From: Pseudolysinimonas sp.
Lineage (GTDB): Bacteria; Actinomycetota; Actinomycetes; Actinomycetales; Microbacteriaceae
Length of the DNA: 64,000 nt
Direction: 5' to 3'
NCBI RefSeq assembly: GCF_049651805.1
Contig: NZ_JBASCU010000005.1
Span: 8,280-72,279 of the forward strand
This document shows positions 55,166 to 64,000 of the stretch, one piece after another. Made by a program: the position numbers and the translations under genes. The notes beneath the pieces are model-generated. The model ran no database searches. It was given only the letters and a program-made list of their open reading frames with translations, and was not told where the DNA came from. Positions within the stretch are counted from its first letter, which is position 1. Each line of letters begins with the position of its first letter.

Positions 55166-55741
55166 ATGACCGTCGATCAGGGCCGCATCGAGGCTGCCGT
55201 GGCCGAGCTGCTGGCAGCGATCGGTGAGGATGCCACGCGCCCCGGCCTGCAGCGCACCCCGAAGCGCGTGGCCGAGGCGTACGCGGAGTACTTCGCCGGC
55301 CTCGACGTCGACCCGGTCGCGATCCTGCGCGACGGGGTGGATGCCGCGGGCGACGGGGAGCGCGGAGACCTCGTGCTGCTGCGCGGCCTCGAGTTCCGGT
55401 CGATGTGCGAGCACCACCTGCTGCCGTTCCGCGGGGTCGCGCACGTCGGCTACCTGCCCGGCGGCAAGGTCGTCGGACTCGGCCGCCTCGGCACCGTCGT
55501 CGAGACCCTCGCCGCCCGGCCGCAACTTCAGGAGCGCCTCGGCGAGCAGATCGCCGACGCCCTCGACGAGGGTCTCGCCCCGCGCGGCGTGATCGTCGTG
55601 CTCGACGCCCAGCACGACTGCGTCGCCGCCCGGGATGCCCGCCAGACCCGCTCGACCACCGTCACCGTCGCCAGCCGCGGGGCGCTCACCGAACCCGCCG
55701 CGCGGGCCGAGGCGATGACCCTGATCGGAGCCGCGTCATGA
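55166..55741 (+). CDS. folE: GTP cyclohydrolase I
   Basis: GLQRTPKRVAEAY and SMCEHHLLPF motifs. Confidence 0.93.
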   Translation: MTVDQGRIEAAVAELLAAIGEDATRPGLQRTPKRVAEAYAEYFAGLDVDPVAILRDGVDAAGDGERGDLVLLRGLEFRSMCEHHLLPFRGVAHVGYLPGGKVVGLGRLGTVVETLAARPQLQERLGEQIADALDEGLAPRGVIVVLDAQHDCVAARDARQTRSTTVTVASRGALTEPAARAEAMTLIGAAS

Positions 55742-56529
55742 CGATCATCATGGGCATCCTCAATGTCACCCCCGACTCGTTCAGCGACGGCGGGCGGTTC
55801 GACCAGACGGATGCCGCCATCGCCCGCGGGCTGGAGCTTCGGGATGCCGGCGCCGCGATCGTCGACGTCGGCGGCGAGTCGACCCGGCCGGGGGCCGCGA
55901 AGATCGACGCCGTCGAGGAACGGGCCCGGGTCATCCCGGTCATCGCCGCGCTCTCGCAGGAGGGCGTCTCGGTGAGCATCGACACGATGAACGCCGCCAC
56001 CGCACTCGCCGCGATCGACGCGGGAGCGCAGTTCGTGAACGACGTGTCGGGCGGGCTCGCCGACGACGGGATGCCGCGGGTCATCGCCGAGACCGGCGTG
56101 CACTATGCGGTCATGCACTGGCGTGGCGGGGCCGACGTGACGCCGGCTTTCGGCGATGTCGTCGCGGAGGTGCGCGCCGAGTTGAAGGCGCGAGTCGCGG
56201 CCCTCGTCGTCGCCGGCGTCGACCCGGCGAAGATCGTGCTCGACCCGGGTCTCGGCTTCGGCAAGGCACCCGAGCACAACTGGGCGCTGCTAGGTCACTT
56301 CGACGAGATCGCGTCGCTCGGCCACGGCATCCTCATCGGTGCCTCGCGTAAGCGCTTTGTCGGTGCGCTGCTGCCCGACGACGCCCCCATGGAAGACCGT
56401 GACCTCCCGACCGCCGTCATCTCGGCGCTCGTCGCCCGGCAGGGGGCGTGGGCCGTGCGCGTGCATGACGTGCTCTCGACCCGCATCGCGCTCGAGGTCG
56501 CGGCCGCCGTCACCGAGGGGGCGGAGTGA
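55738..56529 (+). CDS. folP: dihydropteroate synthase
   Basis: ATGA overlap. MGILNVTPDSFSDGG and DVGGESTRPG motifs. Confidence 0.93.
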   Translation: MTIIMGILNVTPDSFSDGGRFDQTDAAIARGLELRDAGAAIVDVGGESTRPGAAKIDAVEERARVIPVIAALSQEGVSVSIDTMNAATALAAIDAGAQFVNDVSGGLADDGMPRVIAETGVHYAVMHWRGGADVTPAFGDVVAEVRAELKARVAALVVAGVDPAKIVLDPGLGFGKAPEHNWALLGHFDEIASLGHGILIGASRKRFVGALLPDDAPMEDRDLPTAVISALVARQGAWAVRVHDVLSTRIALEVAAAVTEGAE

Positions 56530-56924
56530 GCGCCCCGGCGGAGCCTCTCCTCGACGAGATCCGGCTGACCGGCCTGCGGGTGACGGCGCATCACGGGGTG
56601 CTTGAGCACGAACGCCGCGACGGGCAGGTGTTCCTCATCGACGTCACTGTGCGGTTGCCGCTCGGCCCGGCCGCAGCGACCGACGACCTCGACCGCACGG
56701 TGCACTACGGCGAACTCGCCGAAGCCGTCGTCGCCGCCGCCGAGAGCGAGCCCGTGGACCTGATCGAGACCGTCGCCGAGCGCGTCGCCGATGTCGCTCT
56801 CGGATTCGCCGCCGCTCACGAGGTCGTGGTGACGGTGCATAAGCCGAACGCGCCGATCACGGTGCCGTTCGACGACGTGAGTGTGACGATTCTCCGTCGT
56901 CGAGAGGCGGGGCGACGCCCGTGA
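56526..56924 (+). CDS. folB: dihydroneopterin aldolase
   Basis: 132 aa with GVLEHERRDGQ and TVHYGEL patterns. 4-nt overlap on both sides. Confidence 0.9.
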   Translation: MSAPAEPLLDEIRLTGLRVTAHHGVLEHERRDGQVFLIDVTVRLPLGPAAATDDLDRTVHYGELAEAVVAAAESEPVDLIETVAERVADVALGFAAAHEVVVTVHKPNAPITVPFDDVSVTILRRREAGRRP

Positions 56925-57418
56925 GCGTGCATCTGCGCCACATCGAGGCGGATGCCGTCATCGCCGTCGGCAGCAACCTCGGCGACCGCACGGAGATGTT
57001 CAACGCCACGGTGCGAGCCCTCGCCGAAGCCGACGGCATCGAGGTGACGGCGATCTCGACGCCGATCGAGTCGGTCGCGGTGCGGCCCGACGGCGACGAC
57101 GTGGATGCCCCCGCCTACCTCAACGCCATCGTGCTGGTGCGCACGACGATCGCGCCGCACGCCCTGCTGGCCCTGCTGCACGACATCGAGAACGAGAACG
57201 GCCGCGTACGCGACGAGCGCTGGGGCGACCGCACCCTCGACCTCGACCTCATCGACTACGCCGGGATGCGCTCCGCCACCGCCGACCTCACCCTGCCGCA
57301 TCCGCGCGCCCACGAACGCACCTTCGTGCTGGGCCCGTGGGCCGAAGTCGACCCCGAGGCCGAGCTGCCGGGGTACGGCCGAGTGGTCGACATCCTCGCC
57401 GCGCTGGAGGGCAGGTGA
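56921..57418 (+). CDS. folK: 2-amino-4-hydroxy-6-hydroxymethyldihydropteridine diphosphokinase
   Basis: 165 aa with GSNLGDR, RWGDRTLDLDLI and PHPRAHERTFVL motifs. Confidence 0.9.
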   Translation: MSVHLRHIEADAVIAVGSNLGDRTEMFNATVRALAEADGIEVTAISTPIESVAVRPDGDDVDAPAYLNAIVLVRTTIAPHALLALLHDIENENGRVRDERWGDRTLDLDLIDYAGMRSATADLTLPHPRAHERTFVLGPWAEVDPEAELPGYGRVVDILAALEGR

Positions 57419-57897
57419 CCAGAACCCGGGTCTCGACCCTCGTCGTGCTGCTGGCCATCGGCGCCGCCAGCGGGTTCCTCGTGCAGGTCGCGCTCGCCGC
57501 GGGGAGCTTGCCGAAGTATCAGCCCGAGTACACCCTCGCCCTCAGCCTGCTCTTCATCGCCGGAATCGCGATCGCGCTCGCGGTGCCGATCCGCCGCGCG
57601 ACGCAGGGCAAGGTGCGCACCCGCATCGACCCGTTCCACGCGATGCGGGTCGTGCTGTTCGCGAAGGCGTCGAGCCTCGCCGGAGCGCTGCTCACCGGGG
57701 CCGCCGTCGGTTTGTTGGCCGAGCTGGTGACGCGCAGCGGCGGGCTCAACACCGACTCGCTGCTGCGGTCGCTCGCGGTGCTCGGCGGGGCGATCGCGGT
57801 GCTCGCGGCCGGCCTGATCGGCGAATACCTGTGCACGGTGCCGCCCGACGACGACGACCGCGACGTGGCACCCCTGCCGGGTAGCCTGGAGCCGTGA
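57415..57897 (+). CDS. DUF3180 family membrane protein
   Basis: GTGA overlap with folK. Four TM helices. Position after folK is conserved in actinobacteria. Confidence 0.72.
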   Translation: MTRTRVSTLVVLLAIGAASGFLVQVALAAGSLPKYQPEYTLALSLLFIAGIAIALAVPIRRATQGKVRTRIDPFHAMRVVLFAKASSLAGALLTGAAVGLLAELVTRSGGLNTDSLLRSLAVLGGAIAVLAAGLIGEYLCTVPPDDDDRDVAPLPGSLEP

Positions 57898-58400
57898 CGA
57901 CTCCAGAGGCTGAGACCGCCGGCCCGATCGATCCGGTTCCCGGCGACTGGCAGCGGGTCTCGCCCAAGTACGTCGTCGTCGACCTGTTGGGCATTCTGGT
58001 GTCGGCGATCATCTTCACCGTCGGCGCGAGCATTCCGGCGATCGTGTCGGGCGTTGCGTGGCTTGTCGCGCTTCCGATCTTCATGTTCGTGCTCCATGCG
58101 GTCATCGCCGCCTTCACCCCGCGCCGGGTGCGCGCGCTCGGCTATCGGCTGCGCGTCGACGACCTGGTGTTCCGCAAAGGCATCATGTTCCTGCGCGTCG
58201 TGGCCGTGCCCTACGGGCGCATGCAGCTCGTCGACATCAACCGCGGCCCGATCGCCCGCGCGTTCGGCCTGTCGGAGCTGAAGCTGGTGACCGCCGCCGC
58301 CTCAAGCCACGTCACCATCCCGGGGCTGCCCGAAGCCGACGCCGAGATCCTTCGGGATCGCCTCGTCGAACTGGCGGAGAGCCGCCGGGCGGGACTGTGA
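57894..58400 (+). CDS. bacterial PH-domain membrane protein (YdbS-like)
   Basis: Two TM helices followed by a bPH_2-like region (VFRKGIMFLRVVAVPYGRMQLVDI). Confidence 0.72.
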   Translation: MTTPEAETAGPIDPVPGDWQRVSPKYVVVDLLGILVSAIIFTVGASIPAIVSGVAWLVALPIFMFVLHAVIAAFTPRRVRALGYRLRVDDLVFRKGIMFLRVVAVPYGRMQLVDINRGPIARAFGLSELKLVTAAASSHVTIPGLPEADAEILRDRLVELAESRRAGL

Positions 58401-59998
58401 CCGAGCCTCAGGACGGCGCCTCCCCCGAGCAGCCGACTCTGGACTCGACGGGGCTGGCGGATGGCGAGTGGCATCGCCTGCACCCCCTTACCCCCCTGCT
58501 GCGCGGCGGTCTGGGCTTCATCGCGATCATCGGCATCCTGATCGCGAACCTGCGCGAGCGGCTCATCGAATGGTTCCTGCCGGGGTTCTGCCCGCCGGGG
58601 CAGGACTGCGGGGAGGGCGACCCGTTCGGGTACATCGTCGAGAGCGGCTACGCGATCATCGGCCTGCTCGCTCTGCTGGGCGTGCTGCTGGTGTTCGTCG
58701 CCGGCTTTTACGTGTCATGGCGCATGCACACTTTCCGCATCACCGATGAGGTCGTCGAGGTGCGCAGCGGCATCCTGTTCCGCACCCACCGCAAGGCGCG
58801 GCTCGACCGCATCCAGGGGGTGTCGATCGTGCGGCCGTTCTTCGCACGCCTCTTCGGCACGGCAAAGCTGGAGGTCGAGGTCGCGGGGCAAGACGCGAAC
58901 GTGCCGCTCGCGTACCTCGGCAATGCGGCATCCGACGCGCTGCGCGTCGACATCCTGCGTCGCGCGTCGGGCGCGCGGGCGGGGCAAGCCGCCGCCGGCA
59001 GCGCCGCACCCGCCGGGTCGCTGATCGACCGGCGCGTCTCGGAGCTGCTCGCCCCCGAACTCGACCCGTCGATCGCGCCACCAGAGTCGGTCGTGCACAT
59101 GCACCCCGGTCGGCTGGTCGGCTCGACGCTGCTGAGCGGCAACACGCTCGCGCTTCTCGTGCTGGTAGCCGCAACCATCACCGGCATCGTCCTGTCGGTC
59201 ACCGGCCTCCATGCCATGATCTGGACGCTGTTCACGCTCATCCCCATCGCCTTCGGTCTCGCCTCGTATCAGGTGAACCGGGTGCTCAAGTTCCTGAGGT
59301 ACTCGATCGCGGCGACCCCCGACGGCGTGCGCATCGGCTACGGCCTGCTTTCGACGCGCAACGAGACGGTGCCGCCCGGTCGCATCCATTCGGTCGCGGT
59401 CAGTCAGAGCATCTTCTGGCGGCCGGCGGACTGGTGGACGATCCGCGTCAACCGCGCCTCGCGCCAGTCGTCGTCGGATGGGCAGAGCTCCCAGCAGAGC
59501 ACCGTGGTGTTGCCGGTCGGCTCGCGTGACGACGTGTTCCGGGTGCTCGAGCTGTTGCTTCCCGGGTTGGTCGCCGGAGATTCGGCCGAGACCGGCGCCG
59601 TGCGCGACATCCTCGAGCGCGGGCTCGCCGGGCGCGGCGGCGACGACGAGTTCACCACCTCTCCGCGGCGTGCGGCCGTGCTGCGCTGGTTCTCGTGGCG
59701 CCGCAACGGGTTCGCGCTCTTCCCGGGCGCCGTGCTGCTGCGCCGTGGCGCGATCTGGCGGGAACTGGCGATCGTGCCCACCCCGCGCGTGCAGAGCGTG
59801 GCGATCGAGCAGGGGCCGCTGTACCGGGCGATGCGCCTGGCCCATGTGCACGTGCACACCGTCGCGGGGCCGATCTCGCCCGCCCTCGGCGCGCTCGACG
59901 CGCGGGATGCCGAAGGCTTCTTCCGGGATGCTTCGGATGCCGCGGTCGCCGCCGCGGGCGCCGACACCAGTCACCGCTGGCGGTCGGGCGAAGCGTGA
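58397..59998 (+). CDS. multi-PH-domain membrane protein (YdbT-like)
   Basis: GTGA overlap. Alternating TM pairs and PH-like modules (SGILFRTHRKARLDRIQGV, GLLSTRNETVPPGRIHSV, RGAIWRELAIVPTPRVQSV). Confidence 0.72.
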   Translation: MTEPQDGASPEQPTLDSTGLADGEWHRLHPLTPLLRGGLGFIAIIGILIANLRERLIEWFLPGFCPPGQDCGEGDPFGYIVESGYAIIGLLALLGVLLVFVAGFYVSWRMHTFRITDEVVEVRSGILFRTHRKARLDRIQGVSIVRPFFARLFGTAKLEVEVAGQDANVPLAYLGNAASDALRVDILRRASGARAGQAAAGSAAPAGSLIDRRVSELLAPELDPSIAPPESVVHMHPGRLVGSTLLSGNTLALLVLVAATITGIVLSVTGLHAMIWTLFTLIPIAFGLASYQVNRVLKFLRYSIAATPDGVRIGYGLLSTRNETVPPGRIHSVAVSQSIFWRPADWWTIRVNRASRQSSSDGQSSQQSTVVLPVGSRDDVFRVLELLLPGLVAGDSAETGAVRDILERGLAGRGGDDEFTTSPRRAAVLRWFSWRRNGFALFPGAVLLRRGAIWRELAIVPTPRVQSVAIEQGPLYRAMRLAHVHVHTVAGPISPALGALDARDAEGFFRDASDAAVAAAGADTSHRWRSGEA

Positions 59999-60006
59999 CC
60001 TTCTCC

Positions 60007-60169
60007 CCTCGGTGGTCGAGTAGCGCCCGCAGGGCGCGTGTCGAGACCCTCCCCCCTCGGTGGTCGAGTAGCGCCCGCAGGGCGCGTGTCGAGACCCCAC
60101 CAGCGAGTAACCCGGCGGCGGGGTCTCGACACGCGCGCCGCTACGCGGTGCGCTACTCGACCACCGAGG
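60007..60169. repeat. cluster of three REP-like family 2 units (two direct, one inverted)
   Basis: Units at 60007-60049 and 60055-60097 are identical 43-mers. The inverted unit at 60121-60169 can pair with unit 2 to form a long hairpin. Confidence 0.7.
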
Positions 60170-60176
60170 TCAGAAC

Positions 60177-60902
60177 ATGAGGCAGCGTTCTGGGCGGCTC
60201 GGGATCGGCATCGTGGGCGCCGGACGGGTCGGGCCGGTACTCGGGGCCGCGCTCGGCGGGGCCGGGCACGCGATCGTCGGCATCGCCACGGTGTCGGATG
60301 CCGGCCGCGAGCGCGCCGAGGTGTTGCTGCCGGGCGTGCCGGTGCTCACGGTGCCCGAGGTGATCGAGCGTGCCGAGCTCGTGCTGCTGGCGGTTCCGGC
60401 CGCCGAACTCGAAGCCCTCGTGAGCGGTCTCGCCGCGACCGGGGCGTGGCAGCCCGGGCAACTCGTCGTGCACACGGCCGCCGAGTACGGCATCGGAGTG
60501 CTCGCCCCGGCGACCGCAGCCGGCGTGATCCCGCTCGCCCTGCATCCGGCGATGGCTTTCACCGGCACGAGCCTCGACCTGGTGCGACTGCGCGAGTCGT
60601 GGTTCGCCGTGACGGCTCCGACGCCGGTGCTGCCCATCGGTCAGGCCCTCGTCGTCGAGATGGGTGCCGAGCCGATGGTCATCGCCGAAGCCGACCGCCC
60701 GGCCTACGCCGACGCCATTTCGGCCGCCACCGAGTTCTCGACGGCGATCGTCGCCCAAGCCGTCGGCACCCTCACCGCGATCGGGGTCGAACGCCCGGGC
60801 AGCGTGCTCGGGCCGCTCGTGCGGTCGGCGGTCGAGAACGCGCTCGGCGCGGCGGGCGCGGCCGACGCCGCTACGATCGACGCGGAGGCACCGGAACAGT
60901 GA
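60177..60902 (+). CDS. Rossmann-fold plus DUF2520 domain protein
   Basis: GIVGAGRVG dinucleotide motif. Conserved position directly upstream of panC. Confidence 0.75.
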   Translation: MRQRSGRLGIGIVGAGRVGPVLGAALGGAGHAIVGIATVSDAGRERAEVLLPGVPVLTVPEVIERAELVLLAVPAAELEALVSGLAATGAWQPGQLVVHTAAEYGIGVLAPATAAGVIPLALHPAMAFTGTSLDLVRLRESWFAVTAPTPVLPIGQALVVEMGAEPMVIAEADRPAYADAISAATEFSTAIVAQAVGTLTAIGVERPGSVLGPLVRSAVENALGAAGAADAATIDAEAPEQ

Positions 60903-61753
60903 GCAGTCCCGTCGTCGTCGAGACGATCACCGGCATCCGGTCTGAGCTCGAGGCGCTACGGGCGTCCGGCAAGACCGTCGCCCTCGTGCCGACTCTCGGC
61001 GCCCTGCACGACGGGCACCTCGCGCACGTGACGCGGGCGCGCGAGCTGGCGGATGTCGTGGTGGTGTCGATCTTCGTCAACCCGCTGCAGTTCGGGGCGG
61101 ATGAAGATCTCGACAAGTACCCGCGCGACCTCGACGGCGACCTCGCGAAGCTTCAGCCGTTCGGCGTCGAGTACGTCTTCGTGCCGACCGCCGCCGAGAT
61201 GTACCCGGGCGGCGGCACTCAGGTGAAGGTCACCGGCGGTCCGGTCGCGTCGTTGTTGGAAGGCAGATCCCGCCCCGGGCACTTCGACGGCGTGCTCACG
61301 GTCGTGGCGAAGCTGCTGCAGATCGTGCAGCCGCAGCACGTGACCTTCGGACAGAAGGATGCGCAACAACTGTTCCTCGTGCAGCGGATGGTGCGCGACC
61401 TCAACATCCCCGTGAACGTCGAAGTCATCGAGACGGTGCGGGAAGCCGACGGCCTCGCGCTGTCGAGCCGCAACCGCTACCTCGGGCCCAACGAGCGCAC
61501 GGCGGCCCGAGCGCTCAGTCGCGCGATCGAGGCAGCCCAGTCGGCATCCGACCGGGGCATCGACACCGTGCTCGCCGCCGCGCAGTCGGTGCTGATGGAT
61601 GAGAAGCTGGTGACCCTCGACTACCTCAAGGTCGTCGACCCGAAGACGTTCCTTCCGGTCGACGACGGCTACCGGGGGCCGGCGCGGGTGCTGATCGCCG
61701 CGAAGGTCGGGCCCGCCCGCCTCATCGACACCGACTCCCTCTATCTGAATTGA
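60899..61753 (+). CDS. panC: pantoate--beta-alanine ligase
   Basis: GTGA overlap. PTLGALHDGHLAHV and SIFVNPLQFG motifs. Confidence 0.93.
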   Translation: MSSPVVVETITGIRSELEALRASGKTVALVPTLGALHDGHLAHVTRARELADVVVVSIFVNPLQFGADEDLDKYPRDLDGDLAKLQPFGVEYVFVPTAAEMYPGGGTQVKVTGGPVASLLEGRSRPGHFDGVLTVVAKLLQIVQPQHVTFGQKDAQQLFLVQRMVRDLNIPVNVEVIETVREADGLALSSRNRYLGPNERTAARALSRAIEAAQSASDRGIDTVLAAAQSVLMDEKLVTLDYLKVVDPKTFLPVDDGYRGPARVLIAAKVGPARLIDTDSLYLN

Positions 61754-63258
61754 CTCTCGTGACTGACGAACTGAGCCCCGAAGAAGACATCGCCGAGCAG
61801 AAGGCGGTGCGACTGGGCAAGCGCGCGCGGTTGATCGAGGATGCCGAGTCGGCCGGGGAGGGCGCGTACCCGGTGTCGCTGCCGATCACCCACTCGATTG
61901 CCGAGGTGCGGGAGCAGTTCCCCGACCTCGAAGTCGACGCGCAGACCGGGGTCGTCGTCGGCGTCGCCGGGCGGGTCGTGCACTCGCGCAACACCGGGAA
62001 GCTCTGCTTCGCCGCGCTGCAAGCCGGTGACGGGTCGCGCATCCAGGCGATGGTGTCGCTCGCCGAAGTCGGCGACGGGCAGCTTGAGCGCTGGAAAGAT
62101 CTCGTCGACCTCGGCGACTTCGTCTTCGTCGCAGGGGAGGTCATCTCGAGCCGCCGGGGGGAGCTCAGCATCCTCGTCGCCGACTGGAAGATGGCATCCA
62201 AGGCGCTCATGCCGCTGCCCAACCTGCACACCGAGCTCTCCGACGAGACCCGGATGCGGCAGCGCTACCTCGACCTGATCACCCGGGAGCAGGCCCGTAC
62301 GACCGTGCGCGCTCGGGCGACGGCGGTCGCGAGCCTGCGCGCGACGTTCGCGGCGCACGACTTCCTCGAGGTCGAGACGCCGATGCTTCAGACGATCCAC
62401 GGGGGAGCATCCGCTCGACCGTTCGTGACGCACAGCAACGCGTTCGACACCGAACTGTTCCTGCGCATCGCGCCGGAGCTCTTCCTCAAGCGCGCCGTCG
62501 TGGGCGGGTTGGAGCGGGTGTTCGAGATCAACCGCAACTTCCGCAACGAGGGCGCCGACTCCACCCACAGCCCCGAGTTCGCGATGCTCGAGGCGTATCA
62601 GGCTTACGGCGACTACACCTCGATCGCCGACCTCACGCAGGAGCTCGTGCAGAACGCCGCCATGGCGGTGTCGGGGTCGCACGTCGTGACCTGGGCCGAC
62701 GGCACCGAGTTCGACCTCGGCGGGGAGTGGGCGCGGCTGCCGATGTACGCGTCGCTGTCGGACGCCGCCGGCGTCGAGATCACGCCGCAGACCGAGCTGT
62801 CGGAACTCGCCGCGCTCGCTGACAAGGCCGGCGTCGAGGTGCACCTCCCCACCCACGGCAAGTACGTCGAAGAGCTGTGGGAGCACTTCGTGAAGCCCGG
62901 GCTGGTCGCCCCGACCTTCGTCATGGACTTCCCCGTCGACACTTCGCCGCTCGTGCGCGATCACCGCCGCATCCCGGGCGTCGTCGAGAAGTGGGACCTC
63001 TACGTGCGCGGCTTCGAGCTCGCGACCGGCTATTCCGAACTCGTCGACCCCGTCATCCAGCGCGAGCGCTTCGTCGAGCAGGCCAAGCAGGGCGCGCGCG
63101 GCGACGTCGAGGCGATGCGACTCGACGAGGAGTTCCTGCGGGCGATGGAGCACGGGATGCCGCCGATGGGTGGAATGGGCATGGGAATCGACCGAATGTT
63201 GATGGCGATCACCGGCCTCGGCATCCGCGAAACCATTCTGTTCCCGCTCGTCAAATAG
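61750..63258 (+). CDS. lysS: lysine--tRNA ligase (class II)
   Basis: 502 aa with class II motifs (FLEVETPML, RNEG, GMGIDRL). TTG start overlaps the panC stop; GTG at 61759 is an alternative. Confidence 0.95.
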   Translation: MTLVTDELSPEEDIAEQKAVRLGKRARLIEDAESAGEGAYPVSLPITHSIAEVREQFPDLEVDAQTGVVVGVAGRVVHSRNTGKLCFAALQAGDGSRIQAMVSLAEVGDGQLERWKDLVDLGDFVFVAGEVISSRRGELSILVADWKMASKALMPLPNLHTELSDETRMRQRYLDLITREQARTTVRARATAVASLRATFAAHDFLEVETPMLQTIHGGASARPFVTHSNAFDTELFLRIAPELFLKRAVVGGLERVFEINRNFRNEGADSTHSPEFAMLEAYQAYGDYTSIADLTQELVQNAAMAVSGSHVVTWADGTEFDLGGEWARLPMYASLSDAAGVEITPQTELSELAALADKAGVEVHLPTHGKYVEELWEHFVKPGLVAPTFVMDFPVDTSPLVRDHRRIPGVVEKWDLYVRGFELATGYSELVDPVIQRERFVEQAKQGARGDVEAMRLDEEFLRAMEHGMPPMGGMGMGIDRMLMAITGLGIRETILFPLVK

Positions 63259-63434
63259 CGGTCCCCGGGTCCTCCATTCGGCGGACAGACCCGTTGTTGC
63301 AGGTGAGGACAGCTTGAGGATAGAGTCGCGCTGACCCCTCCCCCGAAGTGGGGTCGCCAGTCCCCCCTGCATCAGAGTGGGCACCCACCGAACCAAGTGC
63401 CGTTCTCGCCCCCACGAGACCGGAGTCTTACCCC

Positions 63435-64000
63435 GTGACGGCACTGTCCGCTGCCCCCGCGCGTCGCCGCGGAGCGTTTGTCGCGCTCCCCGCACTCATC
63501 GCCGCCCTCCTTGCGCCGCTCGCCTTCGCAACGCCCGCATCCGCGGCGACCGTCGATGGCCTCGTGACCGGATTCCAGATCGACGGCAATAAGACCGCCG
63601 CGGCCGTGACGCCCGTGCAGTCGACGTTCGACTGGGGGAACTTCCTGAGCGTTCCGGCCGCCGACGGCGCGTACACCTTTACGCCGACTGGCCCGTACAC
63701 GACCGCCGGCGGCTTCTCGTCCACCGGCATCGTCGATGCGAGCTTCTATTGGGACAACGGCACCCTCGCCGAGGCCTGCGACGGCAGCGACCCGGCCTCG
63801 GCCTTCCCGGGCAGCGTCAAGCCCAAGGACAACCCGTGGGTGCAGGGCCCCTCGAACGTCAACGCGAAGTCGGACGGCTGTAGCTCGGGCGGCGCCTACG
63901 AGGTCATCACCGACGACGAGGGCGTCGACCACTACGTCTTCTACCAGTACTGGACCCGGCTCTCCGGCAATGGCGACATGAGCCTGTACCAGTTGCTGGA
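63435..64000 (+). CDS. secreted protein, 5' partial (runs off the window)
   Basis: Not in the ORF track because it is open-ended. Hand translation from GTG 63435 gives VTALSAAPARRRGAFVALPALIAALLAPLAFATPASA... with no stop up to 64000. Confidence 0.5.
   Translation, partial: MTALSAAPARRRGAFVALPALIAALLAPLAFATPASAATVDGLVTGFQIDGNKTAAAVTPVQSTFDWGNFLSVPAADGAYTFTPTGPYTTAGGFSSTGIVDASFYWDNGTLAEACDGSDPASAFPGSVKPKDNPWVQGPSNVNAKSDGCSSGGAYEVITDDEGVDHYVFYQYWTRLSGNGDMSLYQLL

Noticed and set aside
60007-60169. Repeat cluster considered as a CRISPR array.
   Set aside because: There are only two direct copies, separated by 5 nt, plus an inverted copy. There are no spacers of CRISPR length and no cas genes, and the same unit occurs singly at 50781.

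Overview
This is a very GC-rich segment with strong third-codon-position GC bias, and it reads as actinobacterial chromosomal core; gene order looks Microbacteriaceae-like, but that is a guess. Most of the window is housekeeping. It holds purD-purC, purF and purM, a tRNA-Glu/Asp/Phe cluster, ppa, and tilS-hpt-ftsH-folE-folP-folB-folK followed by DUF3180, two PH-domain genes, DUF2520, panC and lysS. It also holds recQ, a DEAD-box helicase, two ABC importers (a LacI-controlled sugar system and a betaine-type system), an RND permease, a crcB pair and several small regulator modules (PadR, MerR/TipA-like, MocR, ArsR, and a MASE1-like kinase with a receiver). Adjacent genes are very often coupled by 4-nt ATGA/GTGA/TTGA stop-start overlaps, and I used these to pick starts. 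Many long ORFs in the six-frame track are antisense GC-frame artefacts and are not reported. I found no rRNA, CRISPR array, transposase, integrase or prophage, and no convincing new multi-gene system such as a defence island. The most unusual signals are two families of short structured repeats. Family 1 is a roughly 109-nt MITE-like element with 15-17-nt terminal inverted repeats; one copy is intergenic and one is read through in frame inside tilS, just before the PP-loop. Family 2 is a 43-49-nt REP-like unit present singly behind ppa and as a three-unit cluster that fills the only gap in the otherwise overlapping fol-to-lysS gene chain. Lesser points: a VapBC pair and an AT-richer single-gene DUF6338 islet flank purM; two tandem coiled-coil peptidoglycan hydrolases sit together; the DEAD-box helicase has a 36-nt tandem-repeat N-terminus; and several operator and leaderless-promoter candidates are visible. 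All family names come from motif recognition by eye; no searches were run.
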